Both the position numbers and the translations under genes were made by a program. The notes below the pieces were generated by a model. The model made no database searches. It worked only from the letters and a program-made list of their open reading frames with translations, and was not told the DNA's origin. Shown here piece by piece: positions 37,042 to 46,435 of a DNA stretch of 64,000 nt; the stretch's first letter is position 1, and each line of letters begins with the position of its first letter. The DNA comes from an uncultured Nitrososphaerales archaeon (lineage in GTDB: Archaea; Thermoproteota; Nitrososphaeria; Nitrososphaerales; Gagatemarchaeaceae): the NCBI GenBank assembly GCA_963706445.1, contig OY970160.1, positions 992,001 to 1,056,000 of the forward strand, given 5' to 3'.

Positions 37042-37969
37042 CCTCCGCCTTCCTCATGCCGGGGTCGGTGGTGCGGCAGACGTCCATGACGTATGGACAC
37101 CTCGGATTGTACCTGCATCCTTCGGGGAGGTTCACCAGGCTCGGGACCTCTCCGGTCGGGGCTGCGACCTCCTTGTTGTCCAGAGTTGGGACCGACTTCA
37201 GCAGCGCCTGAGTGTAGGGGTGCTTTGGAGACCCCATTACCTTCTCCGTGGGGCCGAGCTCGACTATCTGGCCCGCGTACATGGTCGCGACCCGGTCTGA
37301 GATGTACCTTGCAGTAGCAATGTTGTGGGTGATATAGAGGTAAGAGAAGTCCAATTGGTTGCGAAGCTCCACAAGCAGGTTCAGGACCTGCGATTGGACA
37401 GACGCGTCGAGGGCGGAGGTGGGCTCGTCCAGTACGATCAGCTTCGGACTACTAATAATCGCCCTCGCGACCGCTACCCTTTGGCGCTGTCCCCCGGACA
37501 AGTCCCTCGGGTGCCTCTCCGCAAAACCTGACTCGAGGCCCACAGAAGAGAGTACTGACCCGAACCTCGAACTGACGTCGGACCGGCTAAGATGGCGCCG
37601 CATCAAAGGCTCGGTCACGATGGACCTTACTGTCCCTCTCGGGTCGAGGCTCTCGTATGGGTTCTGGAAGACCATCTGGATGTCTTTTCGGATGTCCTTC
37701 TTGTTCTTCTTGTCCACCACCTTCCCATCGAACACCACTTGCCCGTCGGTGGGCAACTCGAGGGTGGCGATGAGCCTACCGAGTGTCGTCTTGCCGGAGC
37801 CACTTTCGCCCACAAGGGCGAGCACTTCCCCCGGGGCAACCGTCAGGTTCACGTTGTCTACAGCCTTGACGTATGGGATCTTCCTCCTGAAAATCGATTC
37901 TAGTAGTCCGGACTTTGTGGCCTTGAAGTACTTCTTCAGGCCACGGGTCTCAACTATCGGTTCCGCCAT
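37010..37969 (-). CDS. oppF: Oligopeptide ABC transporter ATP-binding protein
   Basis: GESGSGKTT, LSGGQRQR, P.HPYT..LL, C-terminal CRYNPRCP Cys cluster. Confidence 0.92.
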   Translation of the reverse strand: MAEPIVETRGLKKYFKATKSGLLESIFRRKIPYVKAVDNVNLTVAPGEVLALVGESGSGKTTLGRLIATLELPTDGQVVFDGKVVDKKNKKDIRKDIQMVFQNPYESLDPRGTVRSIVTEPLMRRHLSRSDVSSRFGSVLSSVGLESGFAERHPRDLSGGQRQRVAVARAIISSPKLIVLDEPTSALDASVQSQVLNLLVELRNQLDFSYLYITHNIATARYISDRVATMYAGQIVELGPTEKVMGSPKHPYTQALLKSVPTLDNKEVAAPTGEVPSLVNLPEGCRYNPRCPYVMDVCRTTDPGMRKAEDEDVSCWLFK

Positions 37970-38957
37970 GTAAGAAGCACCTGACCACAGCGCCGCCCTC
38001 CATCTTCACGGGCGGGGGGGATTTCACCTTGCATATGTCCATTACGTACGGGCAGCGGGGGTGGAAGCGGCACCCAGCGGGGGGGTGCAGCATGTTAGGC
38101 GGGGATCCAGCGATTGCCGTTAGCCTTCCCTCCTTCTTTGTCGTGCGCGGGACGCTCTTGATCAGAGCTTGGGCATACGGGTGGAGGGCGTTCCTCACCA
38201 ATTGTTCAGATGGATTCGACTCGACTACCTCCCCCGCGTACATTACGATCATCCTGTCGGAAACAGCGTAGGCGACGTTGATGTCGTGAGTGATGAAGAT
38301 AATCGACATTCTGTAGGTCCTCTGAAGCTCGCGGAGGAGCATGAGAACCTGCGCCTGGATTGTGACGTCGAGGGCCGAGGTCGGCTCGTCGGCGATGAGC
38401 AGCTTGGGCCTCATGAGGAGCCCCATGGAGATGACGACCCTCTGGATCTGGCCCCCCGAGAGCTGGTGTGGGTAGCGGGTCATGATTTTCTCCGGGTCAG
38501 GCATCCTCACGTCGGTGAGTTTGTCTTCAGCTTCCTTGTACGCCTCTTCTTCGACGAAGGGCTTCCCTTCCATCTTGTAGCGCGTCCTAAGCGCCTCCAA
38601 GAGTTGGATGTCCACCCTCTTTACTGGGTTCAGGCTGTTGAGCGGGTCCTGGAATATCATGAACGCATCTAACCCCCTCATTCGTGAAAGCTCATGGCCC
38701 TTCATTTTGATTACGTCCTTCCCTTCAAGTTCTATCTTCCCACTGTCATATTTTGCGTTTGGGGCGAGGAGCCTGACGATTGAGTGGCCCAGGGTCGACT
38801 TGCCGCAGCCGCTTTCTCCGACGATGGAGATGCTCTCCCCTCTCTGAATGTCAAGGCTTACTGAATTGAGTGCCCTCACCCGGCCGTAGACGGTGCTGTA
38901 GGAGACGGTAAGATCCTGTATACTAACTGAGGGTATCGTGCTCTGCTGGGTTGCCAT
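37950..38957 (-). CDS. oppD: Oligopeptide ABC transporter ATP-binding protein
   Basis: GESGCGKST, YPHQLSGGQ.QR, ADEPT.ALDVTIQAQ, GCRFHPRC. Confidence 0.92.
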   Translation of the reverse strand: MATQQSTIPSVSIQDLTVSYSTVYGRVRALNSVSLDIQRGESISIVGESGCGKSTLGHSIVRLLAPNAKYDSGKIELEGKDVIKMKGHELSRMRGLDAFMIFQDPLNSLNPVKRVDIQLLEALRTRYKMEGKPFVEEEAYKEAEDKLTDVRMPDPEKIMTRYPHQLSGGQIQRVVISMGLLMRPKLLIADEPTSALDVTIQAQVLMLLRELQRTYRMSIIFITHDINVAYAVSDRMIVMYAGEVVESNPSEQLVRNALHPYAQALIKSVPRTTKKEGRLTAIAGSPPNMLHPPAGCRFHPRCPYVMDICKVKSPPPVKMEGGAVVRCFLHGGTDS

Positions 38958-39980
38958 CTAGTAGGTCAGTCTTCCTACAATCAAATCTTGCAGCCTGTCT
39001 CCAACTAGCGTAAACGCTACCACCACAGCAGCGATGATGACTCCGGGGATTATGGTTGGCCACCACTGGTACGGGAAGTAGGAGAGCCCGACGGACGCCT
39101 CGGCCCCCCACTCCGGGTATCCTATGGTCAAGCCGATGCCGAGGAATGCCAGGACGGAATAGGTGAGGATCACGGTCCCCAGGTCCAGGGTGGCGTAGGC
39201 CACGATGGGATCGATCGAGTTGGGGAATATGTGCTTGAGGAGTATCCTACCGGAGCCGGCTCCACTGAGCTTGGAAGCTTCGACGTAGGCCTTGTCTCTA
39301 AGGCTTAGGGCCTGGCCCCTGAAGAAGCGGGCGTAGGTCGGCCACCATACTACCATGAGCGCGTAGAGCAGTGAGGTGAAGCCCCCTCCCACTAGGGTCG
39401 CTATGGCGATGGCGAGGACTATACCGGGAATCGAAAGGAAGGCGTCGGTGAGCCTCATCAGACCCTCATCCAACCACCCGCCGAAGTAGCCTGCGGTGGT
39501 CCCAAGGAGCATGCCGATGAGTATGGCGCTCCCCACCACCACAAGGGACGCCAGGGCATCATGTGGTGCCGCGTACATCATGCGGGCGAGGATGCTCTGG
39601 CCGAGGTAGTTGGTTCCGAACAGATAGGCTGGGAAGTTGTTCAGGGTCGGAGCTACGAGTACGTGGTTGAAATCCAGTGTGTTGGGATTGGCCGGGACCA
39701 GCATGAGCTCGTAGAATTTATTGCCTGTTAGCGCGGTAACCTGCTGGAGAATCCCCTCTATGAGCGCCCAGCCTAGGAAGACCGTAATCATCGCGACACC
39801 CACCAAGGCGGCCCTGTCCTTCCTCAAGTACAGGAAGTAGAAGCGGAGCCCCGCGCTCACTTCCCCAGCCTGTCCTCCTTCGAGGGTCGTCGCTGAGGCT
39901 CCCAGATCGACCGCTGTCCCCGACTTCGCGGCCCTAATCGGCTTCCTCCTCATGTTATCGAAAATGGAACCCAGCCCCAA
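38958..39980 (-). CDS. oppC: Oligopeptide ABC transporter permease
   Basis: FGTN.LG, AGYFGG..D..LMR.TD, YVEASK.SGA (EAA loop), PEWG. Confidence 0.92.
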   Translation of the reverse strand: MGLGSIFDNMRRKPIRAAKSGTAVDLGASATTLEGGQAGEVSAGLRFYFLYLRKDRAALVGVAMITVFLGWALIEGILQQVTALTGNKFYELMLVPANPNTLDFNHVLVAPTLNNFPAYLFGTNYLGQSILARMMYAAPHDALASLVVVGSAILIGMLLGTTAGYFGGWLDEGLMRLTDAFLSIPGIVLAIAIATLVGGGFTSLLYALMVVWWPTYARFFRGQALSLRDKAYVEASKLSGAGSGRILLKHIFPNSIDPIVAYATLDLGTVILTYSVLAFLGIGLTIGYPEWGAEASVGLSYFPYQWWPTIIPGVIIAAVVVAFTLVGDRLQDLIVGRLTY

Positions 39981-39981
39981 C

Positions 39982-41013
39982 CTAGGTCAGCCTCACTCTT
40001 GGATCTGCGGCCGCATAAAGCAGGTCGGCGGCAAGATTCGCCGCTATCACAGAGAGCCCGACGAGTATCGTGAAGGCGACTATGGCCGGGTAGTCCAGGT
40101 TGTATATCGCTTGGACGGTGAACCAACCCATGCCGTGGTAGTCGAAGACGTCCTCGATCACGACAGCCCCTCCCACCGAGAAGGCGAATATCAGTGCGAT
40201 TAGGGTGATGATTGGTATCAGTGCGTTGCGGAATGCTGTCCCCCAGACGACCTTCCGCTTGCTGAGTCCCTTCATGAACGCCAGCTTGACGTAGTCCTTG
40301 TCCAAGGCGTCTATCATGCTGGCCCTCGTGAGCCTGGTCACCAGGCCAAAGCCGACGATGCCTATGGTGGCCGCAGGTAGGAGTATGTGCTGGATGGAGC
40401 TGTACATGTAAGCCCAATTCCCCGCTATTAGGCCGTCGATGATAGGCGCCCCAGTAACGAAGGCGGGAATGGGCAAAGTCGGGTCGACCACTAGAGATGA
40501 TGGAAGGAGATTAAGCCAGTAGGCGAAGATCAGCTGGAAGATGACTGCCACCAGGAATGGTGGGGCCCCCCAGGTCGAAAGATAAATCGCCTTCACCCCG
40601 TAGTCAGGGGCACGGTTGCGGTTCGACGCCGCGATGCCCCCAGTATAGAGCCCTACCAAGACTCCCGCAACCTGGCCTATGATGACTAGCTCAAGTGTCA
40701 CCGGGAGGTAGTTGATTAGAACAGTCGAAACTGGATTCCCCGTGATCGTGTCAGTCCCGAGGTTCCCGTGAAGTAGCTGTACTACGTAGTTATAGAACTG
40801 GGTCCAGATCGGGGCCGCAAGGCCGTAGCGATTGATGACCTGCTGGATATATTCAGGGGTCGCGTGCGGATTGTTGGCATAAAGCCTCGCCAGTGCGATG
40901 GGGCTTGGCAGGATGATGTGAACCAGGATGAAGATGATCAGAACAAGGAAGAGGATGGTGATGACCGCGTTAATGGCGCGCCTTGCCAGGAAGAAGCCGA
41001 TATTTGATACCAA
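39982..41013 (-). CDS. oppB: Oligopeptide ABC transporter permease
   Basis: P.TLEL, RLTRASM..AL.KDYV..A..KGL, RNALIP, GAVVIE.VF...GMG, DYP. Confidence 0.92.
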   Translation of the reverse strand: MVSNIGFFLARRAINAVITILFLVLIIFILVHIILPSPIALARLYANNPHATPEYIQQVINRYGLAAPIWTQFYNYVVQLLHGNLGTDTITGNPVSTVLINYLPVTLELVIIGQVAGVLVGLYTGGIAASNRNRAPDYGVKAIYLSTWGAPPFLVAVIFQLIFAYWLNLLPSSLVVDPTLPIPAFVTGAPIIDGLIAGNWAYMYSSIQHILLPAATIGIVGFGLVTRLTRASMIDALDKDYVKLAFMKGLSKRKVVWGTAFRNALIPIITLIALIFAFSVGGAVVIEDVFDYHGMGWFTVQAIYNLDYPAIVAFTILVGLSVIAANLAADLLYAAADPRVRLT

Positions 41014-41069
41014 ATAGCCCTCTTTCTTCCTCTAACCTTTCAAATCTGGGCTTTTTGTGACATTTAACC

Positions 41070-41084
41070 ATTGTTAACAGCGAA
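41070..41084 (-). promoter_or_regulatory. Putative operator abutting the oppB TATA box
   Basis: ATTGTTAACAGCGAA (+ strand) with palindromic core TGTTAACA; 14/15 identical to the site at 43364 and identically spaced to a TTAWAT box. Confidence 0.6.
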
Positions 41085-41171
41085 TCTATGGCAGTTCTGT
41101 GTCCCGACGATCTTGGCCGATGTCGAACCTAGAAGACGCAGAGTTCCCACTGGGTTGTTTACAAAACGGGG

Positions 41172-41199
41172 AATTCCTAGGTCAGTAGGCCTAGGAATT
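41172..41199 (-). terminator. Hairpin immediately after the oppA stop (terminator or mRNA stabiliser)
   Basis: Perfect 10-bp inverted repeat AATTCCTAGG-N8-CCTAGGAATT, followed on the - strand by CCCCGTTTTGT. Confidence 0.55.
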
Positions 41200-41202
41200 A
41201 TC

Positions 41203-43326
41203 TTACGTGTATGATATCTGGTTGTAGAAGATTGCGAACTGGAAAGCTGAGTACACTAGACCCTGCACGTATGGCTGGGTGAAGAAGTACACATTCGAGT
41301 TCGGAACCTGTAGGATGGTCGCTAGCTGGGTGAATATCTTGTATGCCTGGATCGTATCAGTGAGTGCCTGAGCAGGGGACTCGAACGGGATCTTCTGCAG
41401 CAGCGCCGTCAGAGTGGCGTTTTCGACATGGTTAGGCTCGTTGGCCACATTGGTGCCCATGTCGTAGAACTGCTGGTAGATCGGGTCGGCCCAGTCCGCG
41501 CACCATCCGACTCCCACGATTGCCGGGGCAGTCAGCGGGTTGGACTCGAGCTGATCGTAGTATGCGGTGGTGATTCCCTGTGGTGCGATGTTGATCCCGA
41601 CCTGTGCCAGGTCACTCTCGACGATCGAAATCAGGCCTAATGTCAGTGAGTTCGCCGGGACGATGTAGAAGTACGACAGGTCAGGCAACGGGCCGTGCGG
41701 GGCGCTCGTGCTGCCCAGGACGGTACCGTTCTCCATGACTGTGTAGTACCCCATCTGATTCATGGCGGTAGTCAGATAACCGGCCGCGGCATTGACGTCA
41801 TAGGTGTAGAGTGGGGTGTTCTGTGGGTTGTCGAGTGGTCCCCATCCAGGAGGCACCGGAGGCAGGAATAGCGCAGCCAGAGGAATACCGTTGTAGGTGT
41901 ACAACTGGTCCAGGATCTGGGTGTAGTTCACGCTGCGAACCATCGCGTTCCTGAAAGCGGTGTTGTTGGTCGGGAACACTTGGGTGTTCAGTCCCTGTGC
42001 GAGGTCGCACAGCGGGGTTACGACGCTGTGGAAGAGCTGGTTGAATGTGTACTGCGCCTTGTCCGCGTAACCCGCATACATCTGTCCTAACAGGTTGGCG
42101 CTCTCGAATGATATCTGGGCCTTGTTGGTCCCGAAGTCACCGATGAGAGTACTGTCAGACGAACCGTATCTGATGATAATTGTCGGGATGATGGCAGGCT
42201 GGATCCAGTTGCTGATGTCGGTCGCAGGCGTGCTAGCGCCAGCGTTCTGCACGACAGTCAGGCCGTCCGCCCAGTAGTTGGGGTTGGCGTTAAGGACGAT
42301 GGTCGAGTACGGGGTGACTGAGGCGTACTCATAGGGGCCTGAGCCCACCATGAGGACCTTGTTGTTGTCACCCGTGTTGAAGTTCGCCACTGCAGTGTTG
42401 TTTGTGACTCCACCGTTGGCGTCAATGAACGCTGGGTCCACGATGGCACCCCACTGAGGTGGGAGCGCCAGGAGGAACAGCGAATAAGGCTGTATCAGGT
42501 TGATCTGGAATGTCGTCGCGCTCGAGGCAACTAGTGCCTGGTGCGGGTACGACATGATCGCGGCCTGAGTCGCGTTGGATGGGTTGAAGTTGCTGAGCAT
42601 CTGGTTCAGAGCCGCAACCTGAGTGTTTTCAGTCGTCAACGCCGGGTTGACAGACTCGATCGCATTCAGAAGGCCCCACGGAATGACGTTCGGTCCGGTG
42701 AAACCGTTGTACAGCAACAGGTTGTAGTTGGAGAACCCTACGGTCGTCGGGGCGTTCATGTAGTTCACCCTTACGAAGCTGAACCACGCGTCAAACGCAG
42801 TTATTGGGTCCTTGTTGGAGAACCACGTGTTGGCCCTCATCTGGAAGGTGTAGTTCTCGTTGTTCGCTGAGACGGTCCAGCTCGAAGCGAGCGAAGGCAC
42901 CACGTGGAGCCCGTCGCTGCCGTTATACTGGACTAGTCCCTGGAACACCTGGGCGAATTGCGTGTCTACAGTGAAGAACCCGTATTGCGGGTCAATCGAG
43001 TCGAAGGGTCCGGTTGGGGACTCGTCGGTCAATTGGCTCTTGTTAGTGGGTTGAAGCCCGGCAGGTCCCGTGGTTGTCGTCGTTGGAGGCGAAGTGGTTG
43101 TCGTCGTTGGAGGCGAAGTGGTTGTCGTCGTTGGAGGCGAAGTGGTTGTCGTCGTTGGAGGCGAAGTGGTTGTCGTCGTTGGAGGAGTGGTAGAAGTGGT
43201 CGAGGAGGAAGAAGCTGTTGAATAATAGTAGATGCCCACCGCTGCTGCGATTACAAGAATCACAACAATTCCGATGGATGCACCTCTGCTGATAGCTGAT
43301 CTAGACAAAGAGGTTGATATTTTCAT
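41203..43326 (-). CDS. oppA: Oligopeptide ABC transporter substrate-binding protein (family 5), membrane-anchored with Ser/Thr/Pro linker
   Basis: SIDP, VFQGLV.Y, PSLASSWTVS, GSGPY, NPNYW, GWCADWADP; heads the opp operon. Confidence 0.88.
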   Translation of the reverse strand: MKISTSLSRSAISRGASIGIVVILVIAAAVGIYYYSTASSSSTTSTTPPTTTTTSPPTTTTTSPPTTTTTSPPTTTTTSPPTTTTTGPAGLQPTNKSQLTDESPTGPFDSIDPQYGFFTVDTQFAQVFQGLVQYNGSDGLHVVPSLASSWTVSANNENYTFQMRANTWFSNKDPITAFDAWFSFVRVNYMNAPTTVGFSNYNLLLYNGFTGPNVIPWGLLNAIESVNPALTTENTQVAALNQMLSNFNPSNATQAAIMSYPHQALVASSATTFQINLIQPYSLFLLALPPQWGAIVDPAFIDANGGVTNNTAVANFNTGDNNKVLMVGSGPYEYASVTPYSTIVLNANPNYWADGLTVVQNAGASTPATDISNWIQPAIIPTIIIRYGSSDSTLIGDFGTNKAQISFESANLLGQMYAGYADKAQYTFNQLFHSVVTPLCDLAQGLNTQVFPTNNTAFRNAMVRSVNYTQILDQLYTYNGIPLAALFLPPVPPGWGPLDNPQNTPLYTYDVNAAAGYLTTAMNQMGYYTVMENGTVLGSTSAPHGPLPDLSYFYIVPANSLTLGLISIVESDLAQVGINIAPQGITTAYYDQLESNPLTAPAIVGVGWCADWADPIYQQFYDMGTNVANEPNHVENATLTALLQKIPFESPAQALTDTIQAYKIFTQLATILQVPNSNVYFFTQPYVQGLVYSAFQFAIFYNQISYT
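43070..43185. repeat. Perfect 24-bp tandem repeat (4 units + 20 bp) encoding SPPTTTTT in OppA
   Basis: Unit GTGGTTGTCGTCGTTGGAGGCGAA at 43070, 43094, 43118 and 43142, partial at 43166. Confidence 0.95.
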
Positions 43327-43363
43327 TCTTCAAAATGAAGCGCTTGTCAGATTTTATATAAGG

Positions 43364-43378
43364 ATTGTTAACAGTGAA
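43364..43378 (-). promoter_or_regulatory. Putative operator abutting the oppA TATA box
   Basis: ATTGTTAACAGTGAA (+ strand); - strand reads ...TGTTAACAAT-CC-TTATAT. Confidence 0.6.
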
Positions 43379-43449
43379 ATATGGTTTAGAATTTCTAGGC
43401 GAGCCCGGCTTCGGCTCCATTCAACGAATGGAGGTGAAATAGAACCCTA

Positions 43450-43704
43450 TCATCTGAGCGATCTGCGTAGCAGGACGTACCCCTGCTCGGTCGGCCGGTA
43501 GTACCTCTCCCTAGAACCGGTTTCGGTGTACTCGACCAGCCCGCTGTTGCGCATGCCCCTCAGGGTCCGGCTAACCTCACTGAGGTGCTTCTTCTCCAGG
43601 TTCGCGAGCTCGGTCGGAGTCTTAGGGGATACGACCAGGTAGTAGAGGAGCCTCAGCCACCCTGGCGCGGATACTCCTAGTCCATCGACTGTTGCCATCG
43701 ACAC
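43450..43704 (-). CDS. Small winged-HTH transcriptional regulator
   Basis: PKTPTELA......SEVSRTL..M...GLVE......RYY..T..G. Confidence 0.8.
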   Translation of the reverse strand: MSMATVDGLGVSAPGWLRLLYYLVVSPKTPTELANLEKKHLSEVSRTLRGMRNSGLVEYTETGSRERYYRPTEQGYVLLRRSLR

Positions 43705-43825
43705 TCAACGAAATATTGGGCATATGTAAGATATAGCCGTTTCGGACTGTACAAGAACGGACATCCAGAGCCTCACGGCTGGGCTTCGCAACTCCTAAAT
43801 CGAATCCGAGCACCGCACTGCCGAC

Positions 43826-44752
43826 ATGACCTATTCCATTGTAGCTAGGGACAAGAAGACCGGAGAGCTCGGCGTCGCCGTCCAGTCCCACTTCTTCTCC
43901 GTAGGGTCGATTGTGACTTGGGCGAGGGCAGGGGTTGGGGCGGTCGCCACTCAGGCCATGGTGGACATCAAGTATGGCCCCCTCGGGTTGGAGCTGATGT
44001 CTGGGGGAAGGAGCGCCCCAGAGGCCCTCGAAGCTTTGCTGAAGGCGGACTCGAGCAGAGATTCCCGCCAGGTTGCCATGGTGGACTCCAAAGGGAGGGT
44101 CGCTGCCCACACCGGTTCGAAGTGCCTCCCACACGCAGGTCATGCGACGGGCGACGGTTTCTCATGCCAGGGGAACATCATGAGGACAGGGAAGGTATGG
44201 GGCGCAATGAAGAAGTCCTTCGAAACCAACAAGACCCTTCCTCTGGCGGAGAGGATGGTGGAAGCATTGGCTGCGGCTGAAAAGGCGGGAGGAGACATCA
44301 GAGGCAAGCAGTCTTCGGCAATCCTCGTCGTTTCCCCGGACCTGAAGCCAACCTACTGGGAGGGGAAGTTGGTAGAGCTGAGGGTCGAGGACCACCCGAC
44401 CCCGGTTCCAGAGCTCAAGAGGCTGCTCAGGTATCAGCGAGGCTATGAATGGGCCAACAAGGGAGACGATTTCCTGACTGCCAAGGACTACCCGAAGGCG
44501 CTCGAAGCCTACACCAAGGCCCTGGAGCTCGTCCCCGAAATCGACGAGCTGAAGTTTTGGGCAGGCATCGGACTGCTGAGCGGCGGAAACCCCGAAAAGG
44601 GGGAGGCGATGCTTAAGGAGGTGATTGCGAAGGACAGGAATTGGGCGGAGGTCATCAAGGGGATAGCGAAGGTGAGGTCCCCGCCTATTGCCTCCGAAGT
44701 CCTGACCAGGCTAACTGGAAAGACGACGAAAGTCAGGCCCGCGCGAGCCTAG
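43826..44752 (+). CDS. DUF1028 (Ntn-hydrolase-like) protein with C-terminal TPR
   Basis: MTYSIVARD..TG.LGVAVQS, GVGAVATQA, GGD.RG.QS, LRVEDHP.P..EL.RL; TPR-like helices follow. Confidence 0.88.
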   Translation: MTYSIVARDKKTGELGVAVQSHFFSVGSIVTWARAGVGAVATQAMVDIKYGPLGLELMSGGRSAPEALEALLKADSSRDSRQVAMVDSKGRVAAHTGSKCLPHAGHATGDGFSCQGNIMRTGKVWGAMKKSFETNKTLPLAERMVEALAAAEKAGGDIRGKQSSAILVVSPDLKPTYWEGKLVELRVEDHPTPVPELKRLLRYQRGYEWANKGDDFLTAKDYPKALEAYTKALELVPEIDELKFWAGIGLLSGGNPEKGEAMLKEVIAKDRNWAEVIKGIAKVRSPPIASEVLTRLTGKTTKVRPARA

Positions 44753-44755
44753 CCT

Positions 44756-45322
44756 TCAGACAAGGTCCAGCTCGTCCCGAAAGGAGTCGACGTTATCAAG
44801 GAAGTCCCCGAGCGCGAACACAGGCACTATAGCGCCGCCGTCGACGAACCTGGCCCCTTCTTCGATGAGGACGAGGATGACAGATGCGATGGAACCGATT
44901 CTGTCTAGAGACTCATGAAGGCGCTTCGCCCTCGACTTCTGGGCGGCAACGAGCCTGGAGAGGTCGGAATAGCCAGCGGACCTGGACCAATGCTTGCAAT
45001 CGACTGCCAGCGATATCCTTGGGGACTTCGCGAAGACATCAATTTGGGCTCGGGGTTTCATCAGATAGATGTTCTGCCTTACCGAGTACCCGCGTGCCTG
45101 TAGGATGCCAGAGCAGAACCTTTCGAAGTCCCTCCAGGTGAGGTACCTCGAGACCTTCACGATCTCCTCCCCCCACGCGCACAGTGCCAGGCCTGCGAGT
45201 TGCTCATCCATCGATGCGACCCCCGGAGTCCCCATCCTGAACGCTACGTCGGAGATCGCGGACATGGCTCCCTCTTTCGAGCCAGTCTTCTTCGCCAGGA
45301 GCTGGAACAGCGGACCTGCCAC
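44756..45322 (-). CDS. Mrr-like PD-(D/E)xK nuclease-domain protein
   Basis: W.DFE.F...IL...GY, QIDV.A, LAVDCKHW. Confidence 0.7.
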   Translation of the reverse strand: MAGPLFQLLAKKTGSKEGAMSAISDVAFRMGTPGVASMDEQLAGLALCAWGEEIVKVSRYLTWRDFERFCSGILQARGYSVRQNIYLMKPRAQIDVFAKSPRISLAVDCKHWSRSAGYSDLSRLVAAQKSRAKRLHESLDRIGSIASVILVLIEEGARFVDGGAIVPVFALGDFLDNVDSFRDELDLV

Positions 45323-45400
45323 GACGAGATGCCATCGACCAGGGCTATTGAACCTGAGCGGTCGGAAACGAGCACCTTGGGGAGGGGTCGCCGATACTGT

Positions 45401-45751
45401 TCATCGGACAGTCGGAGGGGCCGTCGCGGGCGCGCCCACTGCCCTATCGTCCCTTCGTTTCTTCAGGGTGGAGTAGGCGAACCAACCGTTGATCACGATG
45501 AGGACCAGAGTAATCACCTGAACCCAGTCTAAGGTGATCGGACTCGTGAGGTTCACCCCGTTCCCTGACATAGTGAAGTACTGGGTCAGGACGTTGTAGG
45601 AGAATGACGGGGTGTAGCGACAGGCTTGCGGGCACACATCCCGGACCGTGGCTGCGTAGGCGGTCCTCCACTGTAGGTCCATGATCACGTAGAACTCTGC
45701 CACGAGGAGCAAGGCATCGACCACGAGGAGGCTGATGGCTGTCCTGTTCAT
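45401..45751 (-). CDS. Hypothetical two-TM membrane protein
   Basis: Hydrophobic N- and C-terminal helices flanking a CxxxC loop; ATG 45751 chosen as start. Confidence 0.55.
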   Translation of the reverse strand: MNRTAISLLVVDALLLVAEFYVIMDLQWRTAYAATVRDVCPQACRYTPSFSYNVLTQYFTMSGNGVNLTSPITLDWVQVITLVLIVINGWFAYSTLKKRRDDRAVGAPATAPPTVR

Positions 45752-45837
45752 CTTTCTCCAGCCGAGGCTTGGCCCCGATAAAAAGGAATCATGCGCCCAA
45801 CGTTTAACCGCATGTCGCCCAGGAGGCACCGCTGGAT

Positions 45838-46377
45838 TTGGTCTCGAAGGGGACCGTCATCTATGTCACGGCGTTCGCCCTGCTGCTGTTCTGGGCGTTC
45901 TTCGTCCAGGCCGATACTAGGAGAGTCGACGGCTACAGCATGCTCCCTACGCTGGAGGGAGGAGACCTCGTTGTAATCCAGAACGTCCCAATCAATCAGA
46001 TTCACGTGGGCGACATCATCGTCTACAACGGGCTCTGTTCAGCCGAGGGGGAGTCGGTGGTGCACAGGGTCGTGAACATCACCACCCAGGGGCTCATAAC
46101 CAAGGGTGATAACAACCAGTACAGCGACCAGCAGTATGGCATCGCGATTTCGCCCATAACCCAGCAGTGTCTCGAGGGGAAGGTGGTGTTCGTAGTTCCC
46201 TACGTCGAGCTGCTTGCGTACTACATCGACCAAAACGGGCTCCCACAATGGTTCAACTACATACCGTCGATCCTAATCCTGGTCATAGTCGTCATCTCCG
46301 TCCTTAGGGAGGAAGAAACTGAGGATGACAGGAGGGCGGAGGGAAAAGCGGCTCCCCCAGTCGAACCTTCTGGATAA
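45838..46377 (+). CDS. Signal peptidase I (Sec11/S26B)
   Basis: G.SMLPTL..GDL, VVHRV, TKGDNN. Confidence 0.92.
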   Translation: MVSKGTVIYVTAFALLLFWAFFVQADTRRVDGYSMLPTLEGGDLVVIQNVPINQIHVGDIIVYNGLCSAEGESVVHRVVNITTQGLITKGDNNQYSDQQYGIAISPITQQCLEGKVVFVVPYVELLAYYIDQNGLPQWFNYIPSILILVIVVISVLREEETEDDRRAEGKAAPPVEPSG

Positions 46378-46435
46378 GCCGAACCCGTTCCGCTTTATAT
46401 ACCCTTTATATACTAAGAGAAATCGCCGGGCCTGA

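Noticed and set aside
43070-43185. CRISPR array
   Set aside because: The repeats are contiguous with no spacers, are in frame within oppA, and no cas genes are present.
44756-45322. Anti-phage restriction system
   Set aside because: It is a lone Mrr-like domain among housekeeping genes, with no methyltransferase or other defence genes nearby.
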